Made by a program: the position numbers and the translations under genes
Notes under the pieces: generated by a model
Told to the model about the DNA's origin: nothing
Database searches by the model: none
The model's input: only the letters and a program-made list of their open reading frames with translations
Shown here: positions 26,663-32,000 of the stretch, in pieces
Layout of the letters: each line of letters starts with the position of its first letter
Numbering within the stretch: position 1 is the stretch's first letter
Assembly: GCF_001644705.1 (NCBI RefSeq)
Contig: NZ_CP015137.1
Span: forward strand, 3,990,001-4,022,000
DNA from: Dickeya solani IPO 2222
GTDB lineage: Bacteria > Pseudomonadota > Gammaproteobacteria > Enterobacterales > Enterobacteriaceae
Direction: 5' to 3'
DNA: 32,000 nt

Positions 26663-27586
26663 ATGAATCTACGTCGCCTGAAATATTTTATCAAAATTGT
26701 TGATGTGGGCAGCTTAACCCAGGCGGCGGATATTCTGCATATCGCCCAGCCCGCGCTCAGCCAGCAACTGGCGACGCTGGAAGGGGAAGTGAATCAGCAA
26801 CTGTTGATCCGCACCAAGCGCGGGGTGACGCCAACCACCGCCGGCAACATCCTTTATACCCATGCGCAGGCGATTTTGCGCCAGTGCGCGCAGGCGCAAA
26901 GTGCTATCGACCGTTCAGGAATGGAATTATGCGGCAATGTTTCCGTCGGCCTGGCTCCCGGCACGGCGGCGCAGCAGCTTGCTATTCCACTGATGAAGGA
27001 GGTGCAGCGCCAATATCCCGGCATTGTGCTCTACTTTAACGAAAATTTCGGCACGACCTTAAGCGAGCTGATTATGAACGGGCGGATGGATATGGCGGTG
27101 ATCTACGATAACCGTGCCATCCACGGGCTGCGCTTTATTCCTTTAATGAGGGAGCACCTGTGTTTTGTCTGTCCGAACAGTCTGGGTAAGCCGGTAAAAG
27201 AGATAGCGCTTGCCGAGGTGGCGCATTACGACCTGTTCGTGCCGCGCATTTACAACATCATGCGTAAGTGTGTGGATGACGCTTTTGCTAAGAAAGGGTT
27301 GGATTACCGGGTCGCCTGTGAAATTGAGTCGCAGACTACGCTCAATGCGGCGCTGGCGGAGGGGCTGGGTTGTACGATCATGCCGGAGTCCGCTGCACGC
27401 GCGATGCTGAAGGCATCCGATGCGTGGATGGCGAAAATTATCGAACCGGATGTCCATGCTTCGCTCTCGTTTTGCATATCCGACCATTTGCCGCTCTCGG
27501 AACCGGCAGAGGCCGTGAAGTCTATTTTGTTGTCACTGGTGTCGAACCGAACGCCGGATAACCGCCCGCTGATGCTGGTGAGTTAA
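26663..27586 (+). CDS. nac: LysR-family regulator closely resembling the nitrogen assimilation control protein Nac
   Basis: 307 aa. The N-terminus MNLRRLKYFIKIVDVGSLTQAADILHIAQPALSQQLATLEGEVNQQLLIRTKRGVTPT is nearly identical to enterobacterial Nac as I recall it. The sigma54/NtrC-type promoter upstream fits nac regulation. Confidence 0.7.
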   Translation: MNLRRLKYFIKIVDVGSLTQAADILHIAQPALSQQLATLEGEVNQQLLIRTKRGVTPTTAGNILYTHAQAILRQCAQAQSAIDRSGMELCGNVSVGLAPGTAAQQLAIPLMKEVQRQYPGIVLYFNENFGTTLSELIMNGRMDMAVIYDNRAIHGLRFIPLMREHLCFVCPNSLGKPVKEIALAEVAHYDLFVPRIYNIMRKCVDDAFAKKGLDYRVACEIESQTTLNAALAEGLGCTIMPESAARAMLKASDAWMAKIIEPDVHASLSFCISDHLPLSEPAEAVKSILLSLVSNRTPDNRPLMLVS

Positions 27587-27694
27587 TAAGCCGCCCTTAT
27601 TACCGTAAAACCAAACCCTCTTACTGGTCAGCCGTGCGTACAGGATAGAGTGAAGACCTTCACTGAAAATAGTTACCGGTAACCGGGTTCGGAT

Positions 27695-28126
27695 ATGGGA
27701 AAAACGATCACACTGAAAGTGTTACAGCAACTGGCCCGAAGCCTGCGCGCCACGTCGATTTCGCATGTCGCGCTAAAGGGCGAGACATGGTCGATTCGTC
27801 TTACCACCGTTCCACACGTTGCATTGCCCGCAGCGCCCGCGAAACCGTCTTGCTTAACTGCGCCGTTAACATCGCTGTGTGCCCCCGCGCCGGGGCGTGT
27901 GTTACTCCGCCATCCGCTGCTTGACGGCAATTTCGCGGTGCCGGGCGCGATGGTTAACCAACACGAGATGTTGGCGATGCTGAAGGTGGGCACCCTCTAT
28001 TTACCTGTCCGAAGCACGGTATCAGGGCGGCTGATTGCTTTCACCGTCAGCGATGGCGATGTGGTGGAATTCGGCCAGGAAATTTTGAAAATTCAAGATG
28101 ATGTGACTATGGCATCAGGATTATAA
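27695..28126 (+). CDS. AccB-like biotin carboxyl carrier protein paralogue with a non-canonical biotinylation motif
   Basis: 143 aa with AccB architecture. The N-terminal segment (ITLKVLQQLARSLRATSISHVALKGETWSIRL) is followed by an Ala/Pro linker. The C-terminal hammerhead-like domain ends in SGRLIAFTVSDGDVVEFGQEILKIQ. The expected EAMKMM is replaced by LAMLKVG. Confidence 0.65.
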   Translation: MGKTITLKVLQQLARSLRATSISHVALKGETWSIRLTTVPHVALPAAPAKPSCLTAPLTSLCAPAPGRVLLRHPLLDGNFAVPGAMVNQHEMLAMLKVGTLYLPVRSTVSGRLIAFTVSDGDVVEFGQEILKIQDDVTMASGL

Positions 28127-28248
28127 GACCCCCTTATTGCCTCAAACCATTTATGTCTTATACCGCCGGGGCATAACTGAATAGAGTCAAAAATACGCAA
28201 TAAATACGCTGCGGCATTGATGACCGCAGTCATGACAGGAGAGGCAAA

Positions 28249-29001
28249 ATGCCATTTTCAGATTACAAAGTCGCTCTGGTAACGGGGGCGTCCGCCGGTA
28301 TGGGGGAAGCCATCGTCGAACGTTTATGCCAGGAAGGTCTCACTGTGCATGCGGTTGCACGCAGGCGGGAACAACTGGCCGTACTGGCTGAACGTACCGG
28401 CTGTATTCCCCATGTGCTGGACGTGGCTGACCTCGATGCGCTGACCCGCCTGTGCAGTGATTTGCAGGTTGATATTCTGGTGAATAACGCCGGCGTCTCG
28501 CACCCTGGTTCTATCCTGAATGCCAGTGAAGAGGTGATTGAAACCCAGTTGAGCGTCAACCTGCGCGCGGTACTGCATCTGTGCCGCCTGCTGGTTCCGG
28601 GCATGGTGGCGCGTGACTGCGGCCACGTCATCAACATTACCTCTATCGCCGCTATTTATAACTTTAACGGCAACTCGGTTTATCACGCGACTAAAGCCGG
28701 GGTACATGCCTTATCGCGGCAACTGCGTGTTGACTGTTATGGCAAACGTGTTCGCATCACGGAAATTTGTCCGGGGCGGGTCGCGACCGATATTTTCGGC
28801 AACGTATCCGGCGATCATGAGGATGCCCGCCGACGGTTTATTGATGGCTTTGAGCTGCCCCAGGCAAAAGATATTGCCGATTGTGTGGCCTTTGCCATTG
28901 GCGCGCCGGTGGCGGTGAACATCGGCAATATAGAAATTACGCCGACGCTTCAGGTTCCCGGCGGGCTGTCTACGATGCGGCCCGGCGAAAACGTCGTTTG
29001 A
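28249..29001 (+). CDS. Short-chain dehydrogenase/reductase, YdfG / serine 3-dehydrogenase-like
   Basis: 250 aa. It has TGASAGMG cofactor motif, NNAG and the YHATKAG catalytic YxxxK. SD is AGGAGAGG. Confidence 0.88.
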   Translation: MPFSDYKVALVTGASAGMGEAIVERLCQEGLTVHAVARRREQLAVLAERTGCIPHVLDVADLDALTRLCSDLQVDILVNNAGVSHPGSILNASEEVIETQLSVNLRAVLHLCRLLVPGMVARDCGHVINITSIAAIYNFNGNSVYHATKAGVHALSRQLRVDCYGKRVRITEICPGRVATDIFGNVSGDHEDARRRFIDGFELPQAKDIADCVAFAIGAPVAVNIGNIEITPTLQVPGGLSTMRPGENVV

Positions 29002-29023
29002 CCGGGTGTACAGGAGGCTCATT

Positions 29024-29719
29024 ATGGCGCTCGATTTTAGTACTGTATTAACAGGCCATTATGGCGCGATGGTCGTGCAAGGCGCGACTGTTACGCTGGA
29101 ACTGGCGCTGGGTGCCTGGCTGCTGGCCATGTTTATCGCACTGTTGCTGTTGGTTATCCGTCTGACTGAACACCGCGTCGCCACGCGGCTGGTGGCGGCA
29201 TACATCTCCTATCACCGCAATGTGCCCACGCTTATCCAATTGATGATGTGGTATTTCGCCATTCCGACGCTGCTGCCGGAATCGGTGCAAGGTTGGATCA
29301 ACGCGTTCAATGCCGAGTTTCTTTTCTCGATGTTCGCATTGGGATTATGTCAGGCGGCCTATTTCTCCGAAGATATTCGCAGCGGCCTGCGCGCCATCCC
29401 CGATGGACAAAATGAGGCCGCGCGCGCACTGGGAATGAGTTATATGCGGGCGATGCGAGAGGTGATTTTGCCGCAGGGGATCCGTAATGCGCTGCCTGCG
29501 TTGATTAACCACACGGTGTTGTTGTTTAAAAATACCAGTCTGGCGATGGTCATCGGCGTGGCTGAATTGACGTATGTCACACGCGATATTGAAAATCAGA
29601 CCTTCCACACCTTCGAAGCTTATGTGATTGGCACGCTGGGATATCTGGCATTTTCACTGTTGTTGATGGGGCTGGGGGCGCTGCTGGGGAGTCACTTTCA
29701 ACGCGTGTATGCGAGGTAA
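29024..29719 (+). CDS. Polar-amino-acid ABC transporter permease
   Basis: The ORF track starts at 29006. The ATG at 29024 is preceded by CAGGAGG. The EAA-loop region is EAARALGMSYMRAMREVILPQ. Confidence 0.88.
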   Translation: MALDFSTVLTGHYGAMVVQGATVTLELALGAWLLAMFIALLLLVIRLTEHRVATRLVAAYISYHRNVPTLIQLMMWYFAIPTLLPESVQGWINAFNAEFLFSMFALGLCQAAYFSEDIRSGLRAIPDGQNEAARALGMSYMRAMREVILPQGIRNALPALINHTVLLFKNTSLAMVIGVAELTYVTRDIENQTFHTFEAYVIGTLGYLAFSLLLMGLGALLGSHFQRVYAR

Positions 29720-29724
29720 TCGCT

Positions 29725-30495
29725 ATGTTTGACGTTTTAACTATTCTGCACGACCACAGCATGCTGCTTCTGATGGGACAATATCCGAACGGGCCGCTGG
29801 GCGGTGTGCTTTGCACCCTTTTAATCTCGCTACTGGCCGTGGTGCTCTCCTTTCCGCTTGGCGTGTTGATCGGGCTCGCGCGTCTGTCGCCGTGGCGCGG
29901 ATTACGCTGGGCCGCCACCGCGTGGGTCTACACGCTGCGTGGTATTCCGTTAATGATGGTGGTGTTTTGGACGTACTTCTGCGTGCCTCTGCTGATTGGG
30001 CAGAATATCAGTGGTTTTTCCACCATGCTTTGCACGCTGGTTATCTATGAAAGCGCATACATCGCCGAGATCGTCCGCGGCGGCATTCAGGCGTTGCCGC
30101 ACGGCCAGTATGAAGCCTCGCGGGCACTGGGGATGAGTTACCTGAAAACCCTGCGATTGGTCGTTTTACCGCAGGCTTTGTTCAATTCTCTGCCAAGCCT
30201 GGTGAGCCAACTGGTGTCGATCATCAAAGACAGTACGCTTGGCTACGTCATCAACGTGCCGGAACTGACTTATGCCGCCAATCAGGTTAGCAATCAGCTG
30301 TTGACCAAACCATTTCAGGTGTTTGCGATTGTCGCCCTGAGTTATTACATCATCTGTTTTAGTCTGACATGGCTGGCGAATAAGCTTGAAAGCTATATTG
30401 CCAACAAACGGCGCAACGAGCGGCCACCACAGGGAGAAGGGCAGAACAGCCCCTTTTTTTTAGCTAACCGCAATCTGAATAAGGAAGCATCATGA
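29725..30495 (+). CDS. Polar-amino-acid ABC transporter permease (second subunit)
   Basis: 256 aa. The EAA loop is [21 protein letters not shown]. It has an unusually long hydrophilic C-terminal tail. Confidence 0.88.
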   Translation: MFDVLTILHDHSMLLLMGQYPNGPLGGVLCTLLISLLAVVLSFPLGVLIGLARLSPWRGLRWAATAWVYTLRGIPLMMVVFWTYFCVPLLIGQNISGFSTMLCTLVIYESAYIAEIVRGGIQALPHGQYEASRALGMSYLKTLRLVVLPQALFNSLPSLVSQLVSIIKDSTLGYVINVPELTYAANQVSNQLLTKPFQVFAIVALSYYIICFSLTWLANKLESYIANKRRNERPPQGEGQNSPFFLANRNLNKEAS

Positions 30496-31226
30496 TCCCG
30501 ATGATTTTGTTTAATCAGGTTAACAAATGGTATGGAGACTACCAGGCGCTGACTGACCTTAGCGCCGAAGTCAACATGGGGGAAGTGGTGGTGGTTTGCG
30601 GCCCATCCGGCTCAGGTAAGTCCACACTGATTCGTACGGTCAACCGCCTTGAGCCTATTGAGCAAGGACAGATTCTGTTTGATGGCATGGATATTCACGG
30701 CAGCAGTACGCGATTGAATCAGCTACGCACACGGATTGGTTTTGTTTTCCAGAACTTCAATCTGTTCCCGCATGTATCGGTGATGGACAACATCATGATG
30801 TCTCCAGTGAAAGTGCTGGGGATCAAGCGTTCCGAAGCACGTAAACATGCCGGTGAATTGCTGGAGCGCGTCGGATTGTCGCACAAAGCCAACGCCTATC
30901 CGGCACAGCTTTCAGGCGGCCAGCAACAGCGAGTCGCTATTGCTCGTGCGTTGGCGATGAAGCCGCCGGTCATGTTGTTTGATGAGCCCACATCGGCGCT
31001 GGATCCTGAAATGGTGGGCGAGGTGTTAAACGTGATGCGTTCGCTGGCACAGGAAGGCATGACCATGATGTGTGTTACGCATGAGATGCATTTTGCCCGC
31101 GATGTGGCCGATACCATCTGGTTTATGGATCAAGGGGAAATTCTCGAAAAGGCCAAGCCGGAACAGTTCTTTAGCGCACCGCAGCACCCTCGCGCGCAGC
31201 GTTTCCTGAGTGATTTATTGAATTGA
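30492..31226 (+). CDS. Polar-amino-acid ABC transporter ATP-binding protein (GlnQ/HisP-like)
   Basis: 244 aa. Walker A is GPSGSGKST, signature is LSGGQQQR and Walker B is [13 protein letters not shown]. The ATGA start overlaps the permease stop. Confidence 0.93.
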   Translation: MIPMILFNQVNKWYGDYQALTDLSAEVNMGEVVVVCGPSGSGKSTLIRTVNRLEPIEQGQILFDGMDIHGSSTRLNQLRTRIGFVFQNFNLFPHVSVMDNIMMSPVKVLGIKRSEARKHAGELLERVGLSHKANAYPAQLSGGQQQRVAIARALAMKPPVMLFDEPTSALDPEMVGEVLNVMRSLAQEGMTMMCVTHEMHFARDVADTIWFMDQGEILEKAKPEQFFSAPQHPRAQRFLSDLLN

Positions 31227-31248
31227 TGACAAGACCATCAGTCCGTTT

Positions 31249-31269
31249 CCACCAGGGTAATCCTGGTGG
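31249..31269 (+). terminator. Hairpin after the ABC ATPase gene
   Basis: CCACCAGG-GTAAT-CCTGGTGG forms a perfect 8-bp stem, 23 nt after the stop. The U-tract is weak. Confidence 0.45.
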
Positions 31270-31347
31270 CGATTATGTCAGAGCAGAGTACCCAACGATG
31301 GGGTGGTAGCATCGTGCACTGTCAATTATCGTGCCGCCATCAGGGGT

Positions 31348-31575
31348 GAGGATGGACAGTTCTTCTGCCTGCTCTGCCAGTTGACGCTTAAGGCGGGCGT
31401 TTTCAGCCACAAGCTCGTTTTCGCGCTCAGACCAGGTCAGTTGCTGCAGTTGCTTGCTGCGCCAGGCATAAAGCTGGGATTCATACAGGCTGAGTTCACG
31501 GGCAGCAGCAGCGACACCAATACACTCAGCCAGTTTCAGGGCTTCATCGCTCAACTCGGACTGAGTTCCCTTCAA
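31348..31575 (-). pseudogene. Internal relic of an IS3-family orfA (InsE-like HTH/leucine-zipper region), truncated at both ends
   Basis: SDEALKLAECIGVAAAARELSLYESQLYAWRSKQLQQ...ENARLKRQLAEQAEELSIL parallels IS3 InsE (SEALKLAERIGVTAAARELSLYESQLYNWRSKQ...ARLKRQLAERDEELAIL) as I recall it. There is no proper start (TTG artefact). Similarity is lost after ...ELSIL. No orfB or terminal inverted repeats were seen. Confidence 0.7.
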
Positions 31576-31746
31576 GTGATCTACTATTTGGCGAAATTAT
31601 TTAGAGTAGACATCTCTTTCTCTTTTCCTTCCCTCTCACTGTGACTGGTGTGCTTTCGTCACCTTCCCAACTTCGCTCGGTTTAATCCCTCTGGATGTTG
31701 AAATCCGGTAACACATGATGTTGCCAAATTGTATGGATTGTCCGTT

Positions 31747-31791
31747 TTGTGATCCATATTGTAGTACATATAATATAAATGGTACTACAAT
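31747..31791 (+). promoter_or_regulatory. Putative sigma70 promoter embedded in a 10-bp inverted repeat (candidate GntR-type operator)
   Basis: ATTGTAGTAC (31758-31767) and GTACTACAAT (31782-31791) are perfect inverted arms. The spacer contains TATAAT (31769-31774). TTGTGA at 31747-31752 gives a 16-nt spacing. The element lies about 115 bp upstream of the GntR-like start. Confidence 0.4.
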
Positions 31792-31905
31792 AAAGCCAGG
31801 AAAAGAGAGACGGGTACGGTTATTGTGCAACAGTTCGACGACGCCAGACGGCACGGCAGGTAAAGTAAGTGCAGTGATATCAATCCGTTTTGTCTCGTTG
31901 AGGTG

Positions 31906-32000
31906 ATGATGAATAAGCAGGAATTAAGCAAAACCGACCGCATCATTCTGGATATTGGCCAACAAATCGTTGGTGGGAAATACGCTCCAGGCACGCCGTT
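31906..32000 (+). CDS. N-terminus of a probable GntR/FadR-type transcriptional regulator (3' end beyond the window)
   Basis: ATGATG follows GAGGTG. The translation MMNKQELSKTDRIILDIGQQIVGGKYAPGTP fits the usual GntR opening pattern (x-I-x-x-I-x-x-G-x-hydrophobic-x-P-G). It is too short for the ORF track. Confidence 0.45.
   Translation, partial: MMNKQELSKTDRIILDIGQQIVGGKYAPGTP

Overview
The window looks like chromosomal DNA from an Enterobacterales genome; the genus cannot be determined from the sequence. Gene density is high and GC content is visibly mosaic. I recognise these features, in order. (1) The 3' part of a fused double-ATPase peptide-type ABC protein, a Tat-signal alpha/beta hydrolase, and a PLP threonine/serine dehydratase-family gene divergent from a YheO-like regulator. 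(2) A visibly AT-rich MFS transporter cassette whose start codon is abutted by a 19-bp tandem repeat array. (3) cheV. (4) A complete malonate decarboxylase cluster, mdcABCDEFGH, with convergent mdcR. (5) The sitABCD/yfeABCD Mn/Fe ABC importer with a Fur box. (6) A small orphan protein and an EamA/DMT transporter. (7) A roughly 10-kb block that splits one polar-amino-acid ABC transporter around pxpB-pxpC-pxpA, an aminotransferase, a Nac-like LysR regulator with a sigma54/NtrC-type promoter, an AccB-like protein with an aberrant biotinylation motif, and a YdfG-like SDR. (8) An internal relic of an IS3-family orfA, an AT-rich junction, and the first codons of a GntR-type regulator. I saw no rRNA, tRNA, CRISPR array or recognisable defence system. 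The best candidates for something undescribed are the repeat-fronted MFS cassette and the nitrogen-regulated Pxp/ABC/AccB-like block. Both are hypotheses built on reading the sequence by eye and on motifs recalled from memory. No searches or computations were run.
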